From Vulcanimicrobiota bacterium (lineage in GTDB: Bacteria > Vulcanimicrobiota > Xenobia > Xenobiales > JADMJV01), in NCBI GenBank assembly GCA_050250895.1, contig JBFWNU010000001.1:288001-352000 (forward strand): a DNA stretch of 64,000 nucleotides, read 5' to 3'. The notes under the pieces were generated by a model. That model did no database searches. It saw nothing but the letters and a program-made list of their open reading frames with translations, and was not told the origin of the DNA. A program made the position numbers and the translations under genes. This document shows, piece after piece, positions 1 through 8,990 of this stretch. The first letter of the stretch is position 1; every line of letters begins with the position of its first letter.

Positions 1-1
1 G

Positions 2-751
2 CCCGAAGATGCGATAGGCTATGTGGAATCGGCGAGGCAGTGTGTTCAAGGCAGACAGGCGAGCGATGTGGGCGAACTCCGCTTTGACCCTGGCTACCTC
101 CTCGGCATCTCCTTCGACAGTGAGCAGGTTGCGAGACCCGTCGAGAGCGCAGCGAGAACCTGGCACAAACGTCCAGAGATACTGGGCCATTTCCTCCATA
201 TTGGGGTCCCAGACTCTGTCAGTGAACGGAGATGGCGGAGGCACGCAATCCAGGTAAGGCAGGTCTTGCCCCATTCCTTTCAGGCTCTCGAGTGGACCCG
301 AGACGTAGAACCCATTGTGTGTCTCGTGGGGCAAGAATCGCAGCTCAGGATACCGCTGACCCAGCAACTCCCTCACTCGTCGATGATAAGCCCTATCGAG
401 CAAAACCTCGATAGGTTGCTCGCCCGGAGCGATTCTGAGGTCCCGGCAACCTGAACAGACACCGGTGCTGATATACAAGGTGTCGCCATACTGCCTGGAC
501 CAGCCGCCGCAGACTCGCAGGACCTGTTCCAACGCCCGTTCCACCGGAGCATTCTCGACTCTGAGCGACACGGTGCCGCGAAATCGATCAGAGACCACCA
601 CCGGGCGATCAAGCTGGTTCGCCAGTGTCTCCACCACGAACCGAAGGTCGACCTCGATGAAGTCGTAGGACACGCGCTTTCCCTCTTGGGCAACGGCGGG
701 CAACAAGCAAAGAGCCAGCAGTAGACCCGCTTGAAAAAGCCTGGCGAGCAT
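2..751 (-). CDS. Secretin/TonB N-terminal (STN/N0 plus NolW-like) domain protein, 3' end runs off the window
   Basis: Translated by hand, not in ORF track: MLARLFQAGLLLALCLLPAVAQEGKRVSYDFIEVDLRFVVETLANQLDRPVVVSDRFRGTVSLRVENAPVERALEQVL...DGSRNLLTVEGDAEEVARVKAEF. Signal peptide, N0-like and NolW-like segments. ATG overlaps the upstream TGA (TGATG). Confidence 0.7.
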   Translation of the reverse strand, partial: MLARLFQAGLLLALCLLPAVAQEGKRVSYDFIEVDLRFVVETLANQLDRPVVVSDRFRGTVSLRVENAPVERALEQVLRVCGGWSRQYGDTLYISTGVCSGCRDLRIAPGEQPIEVLLDRAYHRRVRELLGQRYPELRFLPHETHNGFYVSGPLESLKGMGQDLPYLDCVPPPSPFTDRVWDPNMEEMAQYLWTFVPGSRCALDGSRNLLTVEGDAEEVARVKAEFAHIARLSALNTLPRRFHIAYRIFG

Positions 752-2223
752 CAGCGGAAACGCCACTCGGGATGGTAGCCGCGGACGTAGACGAAGGCAT
801 TGGGGAAGAAGTCGGTGTAACCGCCATCGAGATTGTTCTCTGCTACACCCTGCAAAACCATGTAGGGTCCATGGACCGCCTCTTCCACGTCCACCAGCTT
901 GAAAAGGTAGGTCCTCTCCCAGGTTGGCAATGGCTCGCTGCTGATGGTCCGACCATCGTCGCCGAGTTCGCGCTGGGTACCACCCTGCCCGTGCAAGGTC
1001 AGCCGATTTTCACTCACCGAATAAGTGCCCCTCTCCTCTAGGGCCCAATACTGTCCCGAGTTCACTTTGGCCTCGCGTAGAAAGAGATAGGTGCCATCGC
1101 GGCCCAGCGCCAGGATTCTGCTGTCATAGCCGCCTTCACTCAACGGGATCCATTCTCCATGGAGGTAACGCGGGGAGCTGTAGTCCGCAGCGGCCCATTC
1201 GCCGCGGAGAGCGCCCTGGAGCTGGATCGAGTCGACAAAGTCATCGAGGTGGGGAAGCAGTGACTGGTCGTTGAACAAGGCCACGATACTCGACTGTTTG
1301 CCGTAACCACAAAAAAGGACGAGCATCAGGCGCGCCGGCTGCCCCTCTCGTTCAATTTCAGCGTTGCCAACTCTCACTTGCCAGCCTTCTCGGGTAGACT
1401 TCGCTTCTGGCATTGGGGCTGGACCAGCGCCGAAGGTGCGTTGGGCCAGATCCGCCCAGGCCGCCTCGTAATCGGCCCCTGGATTCCCCTCGCTCACCTT
1501 CAAGGCGTAGACTGCGATCACACCATAGGCCTTCCCCTCGGCACGACTATAAACCGTCACATCAGGCTCTCTGGTCAGCAACTTCCAGCCCTCCGTCCGT
1601 GTCCATCGAACGTCTGGAGGATTCCCATTGGCAAGACGAATTCGTCGCGCGGTCGAACAGGCCAGATAGACCCCAGAGTCCGGCCCGAAGTACCGAAACG
1701 ACTTCACCACCTCCTCAAAAGGCCTGGCGCCTTTGTCAAGACTGGTTTGGTCAGGAGCTGACAAAATCACGTAGCCGTAAACCTCAGGCGCGTCGATGTA
1801 GGCCACTCGTCTAACCTTCCCGGCCCCGTCTCCTCTAAACTCTCGCACTCTAGCCGCTCGGCCGTCACTCGTGCGAATGACAGGGAGGTCGATGTGGGGC
1901 ACTTCCGAGACGCTTGACCCAGCGCGCCGAATGGGGTCGTCGGCCATAACATCGTCGAGCGCTCGCCCCCACTTGTTCTTTATCGATGCGAAGATGACGG
2001 TCGAGTCGGTCCCGTTCCGTGCCTCTCCAGATGGATAGATGACAGCGGAAGACGCCCCACCTCGACGGCTCTCTGGCTCGAAGGTCCAACCGGTAGGTGC
2101 AGCGACTTGAAAAGCCGCCTCGCGACCGAGGATGACCTCGGTGTCTCGTTGCTCGTCCGCAGCTAAGAGGGGCCCAACGCGGAGCAAGACCAAGAGTAGG
2201 AACATTTGTCGACGGAGAACCAT
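751..2223 (-). CDS. Exported hypothetical protein
   Basis: Long ORF; probable start MVLRRQMFLLLVLLRVGPLLAA (signal peptide); stop coupled to the next gene. Confidence 0.65.
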   Translation of the reverse strand: MVLRRQMFLLLVLLRVGPLLAADEQRDTEVILGREAAFQVAAPTGWTFEPESRRGGASSAVIYPSGEARNGTDSTVIFASIKNKWGRALDDVMADDPIRRAGSSVSEVPHIDLPVIRTSDGRAARVREFRGDGAGKVRRVAYIDAPEVYGYVILSAPDQTSLDKGARPFEEVVKSFRYFGPDSGVYLACSTARRIRLANGNPPDVRWTRTEGWKLLTREPDVTVYSRAEGKAYGVIAVYALKVSEGNPGADYEAAWADLAQRTFGAGPAPMPEAKSTREGWQVRVGNAEIEREGQPARLMLVLFCGYGKQSSIVALFNDQSLLPHLDDFVDSIQLQGALRGEWAAADYSSPRYLHGEWIPLSEGGYDSRILALGRDGTYLFLREAKVNSGQYWALEERGTYSVSENRLTLHGQGGTQRELGDDGRTISSEPLPTWERTYLFKLVDVEEAVHGPYMVLQGVAENNLDGGYTDFFPNAFVYVRGYHPEWRFR

Positions 2224-2411
2224 AGCCCCTCGTTTTTTGCAAATGCAGGTCAATTGCCTTTGAGGAAGTTCGGAGGAAGCTAAATTCGGTTGGCTCGAAA
2301 GAGACTCGGCCCCGATAGAGTCCCTCACGAGCGGAACAGGTCCGCCTCTTCCCAGTAGCCGATCCTAGAACTTCGTCCCCGTTTCGGTGAGGATCCCGAG
2401 GCCGTGTTCCT

Positions 2412-3539
2412 CTAGCCGCGGCGCCCAATCTCGTGAGCAAGCTCAGGGGGTAGTCTATCGCCCTGGCGGGCGGCCCAGTCGGCCAGAGGGGTGGGTACCT
2501 GGTCGCCCACCCAAACGAAGCGTTTCAGGGCGTCCACCGCTTCGCGCAGCTCGAGATAGGGAGCCAGCCCCTCGACGGCCAGAGCCACCTCGTCATCGCC
2601 GCACGGGTAGGGCGGCTCGATGTAGGTGCAGAGGGTTCGACGGCTGCGTTCGTGGGTCAGCCAGCGCAGGGCCTCCAGGCGACCCTCGAGGTCATCGCGG
2701 TCTTTAGGGCGGCGGCAGGGTCGCAGGGCCGACTCGAGCATGCCGACCAGCTCGTTGGCCCCTTTCGAGAGGCAGTCTTCGAAAAGCTCGAGATGGTCGA
2801 GCAAGTGGTCGGTGTAGCCCACATCGAACTGGCTGCGCAGGAAGTCGGCCACGAACACCTGCACCTCGTGGGTCAGCTCGAGAAAGCGATAGATCAGCAC
2901 CCGGGTGCAAAGGGCCCGGCGCTTGGACTCACGCCCGATGGCCGTGCGCACGCCGATCATGGCCTGCTTGGCATACTCCTCCACGGCCTGGCGCGACGCC
3001 TGGTCGGCCACTTCGAGCAGCAGCTTGACGGTGGCCGCATCGCCCAGCGAGAGCGAGAACAACAGGCCGGCAGTGCCGCCCGGCCAGAAAGCGTTCTCGT
3101 TGCCAAAGTCGAGCACGGCCCGGCGCAGCTCGAGATCGTCGCTGCAGATCATCTTGCCAATGAGGCCGGCCAGGGCCTTGTCGAGTTCGGGCGAGGCCGC
3201 TCGCATGCGCTCGAGCAAAGCCGGCAGCCAGACCACGTTCTCCAGGCGGGCGTGGGGCCAGCCGTCCATGGCCCTGGCAATGGCCAGACGGTCGGCCGGA
3301 TTTTCGTCATAAGCGGTCAGCAACTGCTCGACCCCTAGCTTTTCGTAGGGCCCTTCGGCGCGGCGGGTGGGCTGGCGGTGCTCGAAAGTCAAGCTCGGCT
3401 CGATGCGTCGCAGGCGCACGAAGATACGGCTGGGAGTGCCGCAAAACTCGCAGGTCACGATGGCTTCGCTGGCCTCGAGTTGTAGAGCCGCTCCGCAGCC
3501 CGGACAGATGGCCCGCTCGGCCCGCGGCGTGTAGCGCAT
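2412..3539 (-). CDS. Zinc-ribbon plus helical-repeat hypothetical protein
   Basis: Start MRYTPRAERAICPGCG...CEFCG overlaps the E1 stop (TGATG); helical Leu/Ala-rich remainder. Confidence 0.75.
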   Translation of the reverse strand: MRYTPRAERAICPGCGAALQLEASEAIVTCEFCGTPSRIFVRLRRIEPSLTFEHRQPTRRAEGPYEKLGVEQLLTAYDENPADRLAIARAMDGWPHARLENVVWLPALLERMRAASPELDKALAGLIGKMICSDDLELRRAVLDFGNENAFWPGGTAGLLFSLSLGDAATVKLLLEVADQASRQAVEEYAKQAMIGVRTAIGRESKRRALCTRVLIYRFLELTHEVQVFVADFLRSQFDVGYTDHLLDHLELFEDCLSKGANELVGMLESALRPCRRPKDRDDLEGRLEALRWLTHERSRRTLCTYIEPPYPCGDDEVALAVEGLAPYLELREAVDALKRFVWVGDQVPTPLADWAARQGDRLPPELAHEIGRRG

Positions 3540-5440
3540 CAGTAGGCCACCAGCCGCTCCAGGGTTGCCTCCAGCCGGCTCTCGGCCAAAAACTCGCGCT
3601 CGAGCTCTTTGTGGAAGGGCACGGGGGTGTCCAGCGAAGCGCAGCGCATGACCGGGGCGTCGAGGTATTCGAAGCACTCTTCGCCGATGCGAGCGGCCAA
3701 CTCGGCCCCGAACCCTCCCGTCAGAGTGTCTTCGTGCAACACCAGCACCTTGCCCGTGTGGCGGCACTGCTTGGATACCGTTTCGAAGTCCAGCGGAACC
3801 AGGCTGCGCAGGTCGACCACTCCGACCTGGAGTTCGGGACGGCGGGCTAGCAGGTCAAGAGCCCAGTGGACTCCCAGGCCATAGGTGACGATGGTGGCTT
3901 GCGAGCCGCTCTTGACCACCCTGGCCTGGCCCAGGGGGCAACGATAGCTGCCCTCGGGCACCGGGCCTTTGAGGCGGCGATAGAGGGCTTTGTGCTCGAA
4001 AAACAAGACCGGGTTGGGGTCGTCCACGGCCGCCAGCAACATGCCCTTGGCCTCGTGAGGAAAAGCCGGGTAGACCACTTTCAGGCCGGGCACGTGGGTG
4101 AAAAATGCCTCGAGCGACTGGGAGTGGAAGGGACCGGCCCCCACTCCCCCACCGGTGGGAAAGCGGATCACCACGGGCACGGTCTGACCCCAGCGGTAGT
4201 GAGCCTTGGCCAGGTTATTGATGAGCTGGTTGAAGGCGCAACTGGCGAAATCGGCAAACTGCATCTCGACGATGCTGGGCCGGCCGCGGATGGCCAGTCC
4301 CAGGGCCGCGCCGACCACCGCCGACTCGCACAGGGGAGTGTTGCGCACGCGCCCCGGGAAGCGGTGACAGAGGCCTTCGGTAATCTTGAACACCCCGCCG
4401 TATTCGGCCACATCCTGACCCATGATGACCAGGCCGGGGTGCTCCTCGAGGGCGATACGATGGGCCTCGGTCAGAGCGTCGATGTATCGTCGCTCGGGGC
4501 CCGCCGCGACCGGCTCGGGATAGATTGGCGCGGGAGCCAACACCTCGGGACCCGGACCCGGCAAAGGGGCCTCGAGAGCTTTTTCCCAGGCCGTGGCAAT
4601 CTGCTGACGAAGGTCGGTGTGGTCGAGGTCGACGCCGGCCACCGCCAGGGGATCACGCTCGGCCCAGTGCGCCAGCAAAGCCTCGGGTACATAGGCGGTT
4701 CCCGAGGCCTCTTCGTGCCCGCGCATGCGAAAGGTCAAAGCCTCGACCAGGGCCGGGCGGGGTTGCTCGCGCCGCTCATCAGCCAGTCGCTTGATCAGGT
4801 GGTAAACGGCCTGCACATCGTTGCCGTCCACCTGATGAGCCTCGATGCCATAGCCGATTCCCTTGTCGACCAGGTGGCGGCAGCGGAACTGCTGGTCGAT
4901 GGGGGTCGAGAGAGCGTAGCCGTTGTTCTCGATCAGGAAGATGACGGGCAGATCCCAGACGGCGGCCAGGTTGAGGGCTTCGTGAAAGTCTCCCTCGCTG
5001 GTCCCTCCCTCTCCGCTGAAGGCCAGTACCACCCGTCCAGAACCGTCGAGTTTTTCGGCCAGGGCGATGCCATCGGCTACGCCCAACTGGGCGCCCAGGT
5101 GCGAAATCATCCCCACGATGTGGTACTCGGGAGCCCCAAAATGAAACGAGCGGTCGCGACCCCAGGTGAAGCCGCCGTCGCGCCCCAGGATCTGGGCAAA
5201 GATGCGCTCGAGGGGGACGGCCCGCGAGGTGAAGACTCCCAGGTTGCGATGCAGTGGCAGAATGAAGTCGTGGGGCTCGAGCGCCAGGGTGGCTCCCACC
5301 GCGATGGCCTCCTGGCCGATACCGGAGAACCACTTCGAAAGCTGCCCCTGACGCAGGGCCAGCAGCATGCGCTCTTCCACCAGGCGGGGCAGCACCAGGC
5401 CCTCTCGCACGTCCATCCGAGGGCGTTTGTCGAGAGCCAA
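3539..5440 (-). CDS. 2-oxoacid (branched-chain type) dehydrogenase E1, fused alpha+beta subunits
   Basis: SGIGQEA, ThDP motif GEGGTSEGDFHEALN...IENNGYA, RMRGHEE, NTPLCE, EMQFADF, GPFHSQ, FFEHKALY. Start may be the ATG at 5416. Confidence 0.93.
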   Translation of the reverse strand: MALDKRPRMDVREGLVLPRLVEERMLLALRQGQLSKWFSGIGQEAIAVGATLALEPHDFILPLHRNLGVFTSRAVPLERIFAQILGRDGGFTWGRDRSFHFGAPEYHIVGMISHLGAQLGVADGIALAEKLDGSGRVVLAFSGEGGTSEGDFHEALNLAAVWDLPVIFLIENNGYALSTPIDQQFRCRHLVDKGIGYGIEAHQVDGNDVQAVYHLIKRLADERREQPRPALVEALTFRMRGHEEASGTAYVPEALLAHWAERDPLAVAGVDLDHTDLRQQIATAWEKALEAPLPGPGPEVLAPAPIYPEPVAAGPERRYIDALTEAHRIALEEHPGLVIMGQDVAEYGGVFKITEGLCHRFPGRVRNTPLCESAVVGAALGLAIRGRPSIVEMQFADFASCAFNQLINNLAKAHYRWGQTVPVVIRFPTGGGVGAGPFHSQSLEAFFTHVPGLKVVYPAFPHEAKGMLLAAVDDPNPVLFFEHKALYRRLKGPVPEGSYRCPLGQARVVKSGSQATIVTYGLGVHWALDLLARRPELQVGVVDLRSLVPLDFETVSKQCRHTGKVLVLHEDTLTGGFGAELAARIGEECFEYLDAPVMRCASLDTPVPFHKELEREFLAESRLEATLERLVAY

Positions 5441-5476
5441 CCAGGTTCCTTTGCCTGCTTGACGAACAGGCCGTTA

Positions 5477-7048
5477 GTGACCTGGCTGCAGGCGGAAACG
5501 GTTCGACTGGGGGATCTCTTGCGGGGCAAAAGCTTCGTCATCCCCGCCTTTCAGCGTGGCTACGCCTGGGGCTCCGAGCAGGTTCAGGCCCTGCTCGACG
5601 ATATATTCTCGCCGCGCTACTCTGATTTGGGCAACTATTTTCTGGGGGCGGTGGTGCTCGAGCAAGAGAGCCCCAATCGCTTTCGGGTGGTCGATGGGCA
5701 ACAGCGTCTGGTCACGGCCTCGTTGTTGCTGGCCGCCCTGGCCGTCAAAAATGCCGCCCTAAAGACCTTTCTCTGGCAAGCATCAGGTGAGCCCGTGCTG
5801 CAACTGCGCAATCGCGATCTCGAGGTCTATGCCCGGCTTCTGAAAGAGCCCGCCAAAGCCCGCAAATCAACCCCCCTCGGCCAGGCCATGGTGGTCCTCT
5901 GCAACTTTCTCGATAACCAGCCCGCCAAGAAGCAAAAAAGACTGGCTTTCACTCTGCTCGAGCAGTGCGAAATGGTCCGCATCGTGGCCCCTGACGGAGG
6001 CCGCGCTTTCCAGATCTTCGAGACCCTCAATCAGCGCGGCCTCGAGCTCTCCTCTCCTGACCTGACCAAGAACAAGTTTCTGTGGAGCGCCACCGACGAG
6101 GCCCTACCTGAAGTCACCCGGCTGTGGGGCCAGTTAGAAGACTTGCTGGGCGACGAGCTCCCCCGCTTTTTGCGCCATTTCTGGTGCGCCTTCGTAGAGC
6201 CGGTCTCGCAGGCCCAGCTGTATGAAGCCGTGCGACGCCATCTGGACGCCCGCGCCCCCGACCAGGTGCTCGAGCTCACCCGGGCTTTGTGGACCTCGGC
6301 CCAGCACTATCAGGTGCTGCTCAACCCCGACGACCCCAAGGTGAGCTGCCCGGCCCGAGCCCGTCGCCCGCTCGAGTTGCTCAAAGCTTTCGGAGCCAAG
6401 ACCTGCCGGCCGCTGCTACTGCTCGGCTGGCGTCTCTATCCGCAAGAGCTGTCCTGGCTGGCCCGCCTGTGCGAAGTCATCACGGTACGCTCGCGGTTGT
6501 TGACCGGGTCGGTCACGCCGGCCGCCCTCGAATCGGCCTATGCGCGCACCTGTCGATTGGTGCGCGAGCGCCTGGCCTTAGAGCTGGGGGTCTCCGACTT
6601 CGATGCCTTCGGAGTGACGGCCCTGATGGCCCTCAACTCGGCGGTGCTGGCCGAGCTGGGCCCGCTGGTGGTGGAGGACAAGAAGCTGCTGTCGGGCTTT
6701 AAAGACCTGCGCCTCAACCGGCTGGACCAGCGCTGGAGGACCTTCCTCAGCCAGCTGCTCGACCTCGAGCAGGCCGACCAGCTCGAGGTCAAACACCTGC
6801 TGGCCACCGACTTGCCCAACTCGCACCTCAAAGCCCTGGGCATTTCGCGGGCTCAGAGCCAGCGCTGGCTGCACAGCCCGGCCAATATGACTTTCGTCGA
6901 GACGGGCGGATCGCTCGAGCAGTCGAGCCTCGAGATCAATCACTCGTTGACCAAGGACTGGGACCTCGAGTCGCTCAAGGCGCGCCAGGCTGAACTGGCC
7001 GAACGGCTGCTGCGACGCTGGCCCAACCTCAAAGACCTGGGCTTGTAG
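5477..7048 (+). CDS. DUF262 (GmrS/ParB-like) domain protein with degenerate DUF1524-like C-terminus
   Basis: IPAFQRGYAW, YFLGAVVL, VVDGQQRL, IFETLNQRGLELS. GTG start at 5477; the upstream part of track ORF 3866..7048 is antisense shadow. Confidence 0.85.
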   Translation: MTWLQAETVRLGDLLRGKSFVIPAFQRGYAWGSEQVQALLDDIFSPRYSDLGNYFLGAVVLEQESPNRFRVVDGQQRLVTASLLLAALAVKNAALKTFLWQASGEPVLQLRNRDLEVYARLLKEPAKARKSTPLGQAMVVLCNFLDNQPAKKQKRLAFTLLEQCEMVRIVAPDGGRAFQIFETLNQRGLELSSPDLTKNKFLWSATDEALPEVTRLWGQLEDLLGDELPRFLRHFWCAFVEPVSQAQLYEAVRRHLDARAPDQVLELTRALWTSAQHYQVLLNPDDPKVSCPARARRPLELLKAFGAKTCRPLLLLGWRLYPQELSWLARLCEVITVRSRLLTGSVTPAALESAYARTCRLVRERLALELGVSDFDAFGVTALMALNSAVLAELGPLVVEDKKLLSGFKDLRLNRLDQRWRTFLSQLLDLEQADQLEVKHLLATDLPNSHLKALGISRAQSQRWLHSPANMTFVETGGSLEQSSLEINHSLTKDWDLESLKARQAELAERLLRRWPNLKDLGL

Positions 7049-7082
7049 GAAGATCTCGCCACGGCCTGCGACCAGAGGACGT

Positions 7083-7763
7083 ATGCGGCGTACTCAAAAC
7101 CTTCTCTGGCTTCTCGGCCTGCTCAGCCTGTTGGCGGTGTCCTTCTGGGCCACCGCCGAGACAAAACCCCCGGCAAGCTTTCGCATCGTGCTCGGCGAGG
7201 ATTATCCACCCACTCTCCCCGAGAATCTACCCGTGCGGCTGGCCTCGTTTAGCCAGTCAGGCCCGGTCCTCGAACTAAAGCTCGACGGCAGCCCTTACCG
7301 GGCGGCCAGGTTTCGGGTCGAATATGGCCAGGGAGAGCTCCAGGCCTGGACGGTCAACATCGGCGACTCGGTCAGCAACAACGGTTACGGCGGTGACGGG
7401 GCCACCCAGAGTCGCGACTGCGAGCTGCAGGTGGCCGGAGACACGCTGGCCATCTATGGCTCGGACGCGATGGGTGGACAGGAGCGTCTGCTCAAGAAGG
7501 TGGTCGGCTTCGCCCACTCCGGTCAGACGGTCGATTTCGTGGTGGCCAATGAGTATCTGAGTTGGACCAACTCTCGGGGAACCGACTCGATGAACTCGCC
7601 CTATCTCTTCGCTCTGGCCGGCCAAAGCGATCAGGAAGGGGAACCCAACCACACCATCTACGCCGCCTTCAACCGCACCATCTCGGACGACAGTCGCTCC
7701 GGCAGCGGAGCCACCGCCGTCACTGTCGAGCTGCTAGTTGGCGGCGAGGCTGGCAGCCGCTAG
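7083..7763 (+). CDS. Exported hypothetical protein
   Basis: GAGGA RBS, N-terminal signal peptide, beta-rich body. Confidence 0.75.
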   Translation: MRRTQNLLWLLGLLSLLAVSFWATAETKPPASFRIVLGEDYPPTLPENLPVRLASFSQSGPVLELKLDGSPYRAARFRVEYGQGELQAWTVNIGDSVSNNGYGGDGATQSRDCELQVAGDTLAIYGSDAMGGQERLLKKVVGFAHSGQTVDFVVANEYLSWTNSRGTDSMNSPYLFALAGQSDQEGEPNHTIYAAFNRTISDDSRSGSGATAVTVELLVGGEAGSR

Positions 7764-8449
7764 TTCGGGGGTCACTTCCTTGAGGGCTTCGGGATTTGCC
7801 ACCAGTTGGGAAAGCGTCATACCGGTAGCTTCTCGCAGAAAGGCCAGGGGCCAGTTGCCGGGCAGCCCGGCCGCAAAATCCAGTCCGTAATTCTTGCGCA
7901 GGGTGTCGATGTGGGTATCGCCCCGCTTGGCCCGGATCTGGCCGTTGGCGTTGCGGCTGCGCTCACCCGGCGCGGTTTCGGGAGCCTTCCACTCAGAGAG
8001 CTCGGGTCGGGCTTTGTCGATGGCCTCGGGCTGCTTGAGCAGCTGGGTCAAGGACAGCCCGGTGGCCGCCCGCAACACTTGCAGGGGCATATTGCCGGGC
8101 AGCCCGGCGGCGAAGTTGGCTCCGTACTGCTCGCGTAGAGTCTCGAGTTGAGTGCGGCCGCTTTTGACCCGAAAGCGACCGTCGGCGTTGCGAGTATTGT
8201 GAGTCCTTTGGGCGTCGAGTTCACGGGCAAAATCTTGCATAAACCTGCGAGAGGCCTCGATGCCCTGCCGGTCGTCAGGGCCCCCCCGACCACTCCGCCC
8301 ATCAAAAGCGGCACCGGGCCGGCCTCGACCAGGTCGGAAAGAGCGGGTCCAGCCGCTAGCAGGGCGGTGCTGACATCCTCAGCCGCCCGCTCCTCAGGGG
8401 TGTTTTTGTATCGAAGGGCGATAGGCGTGAAATTTACGGACTTTACCAT
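7734..8449 (-). CDS. Hypothetical protein with duplicated ~65-aa domain; apparent frameshift at C7 tract 8281-8287
   Basis: ATG at 8449 (MVKSVNFTPIALRY...) lies behind a boxed promoter. One extra G joins it to ORF 7734..8240, which has two copies of R-N-A-x-G-x-x-R-x-K-x-G-x-T-x-x-x-TLR-x-x-YG-x-x-FAAGLPGN. Confidence 0.65.
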
Positions 8450-8456
8450 CGTCCTC

Positions 8457-8489
8457 AGTGTAGTGGCCCGAACTGAAGTTTTCCTGAAA
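8457..8489 (-). promoter_or_regulatory. TTTCAG-N5-CTTCAG-N10-TACACT promoter
   Basis: Direct repeat with 11-bp period, -10 hexamer, ATG 7 nt downstream. Confidence 0.65.
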
Positions 8490-8584
8490 GAATTCCTTCG
8501 CTGGATGCGAAACGACTCGCCGGCCCGCCTGGCAAGTTCTCCGAGGGTCACGAGCCCAGCCTAAACCCTGACGCAGGGTTAGGG

Positions 8585-8944
8585 TCAATGCCTGTTCTTG
8601 AGATCGCAGCGCTGGTAATCGGGGTCGGCCAGGCGATCCTTGCGCTTGCGGTCACAACGAGTGTGATAAGAATCGACCTCCGGGTCGCGATAGCCGGGGC
8701 GGCCGTAGTTGTAGGTGTCGTAGCCCAACGACGGATAACCGCCGCCCACGTAGGAGCCCTGACGAGCCCGACCGCTGCCGTAGTAGTAGTCGAGCCCTGC
8801 GCAAATGTTGGGGTTGTTAACGACCCCCTGGACGCGGTTGGGCACGGGCGGCCGCTGGGACACGGGCGGGACGATGACCTTGCCGAAATCCTGGGCGCAA
8901 AGCGGCGCGGTCAAAACAAAGAAAAGAAAAATCCAGCGTTTCAC
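8585..8944 (-). CDS. Small exported hypothetical protein
   Basis: Signal peptide MKRWIFLFFVLTAPLCA; TAAGCT 6 nt before the GTG. Confidence 0.7.
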   Translation of the reverse strand: MKRWIFLFFVLTAPLCAQDFGKVIVPPVSQRPPVPNRVQGVVNNPNICAGLDYYYGSGRARQGSYVGGGYPSLGYDTYNYGRPGYRDPEVDSYHTRCDRKRKDRLADPDYQRCDLKNRH

Positions 8945-8990
8945 GGCCTCAGCTTAGCCGCAAAACGCCGGATGAGCTATGAACAGGAGG

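Noticed and set aside
3539-5440. Fused E1 alpha-beta gene without E2/E3 neighbours
   Set aside because: Such fusions are well known in several phyla; not novel.
3866-5476. N-terminal half of the 1060-aa track ORF, suggesting a giant DUF262 fusion
   Set aside because: It is the antisense shadow of the E1 dehydrogenase gene; the real gene starts near GTG 5477.
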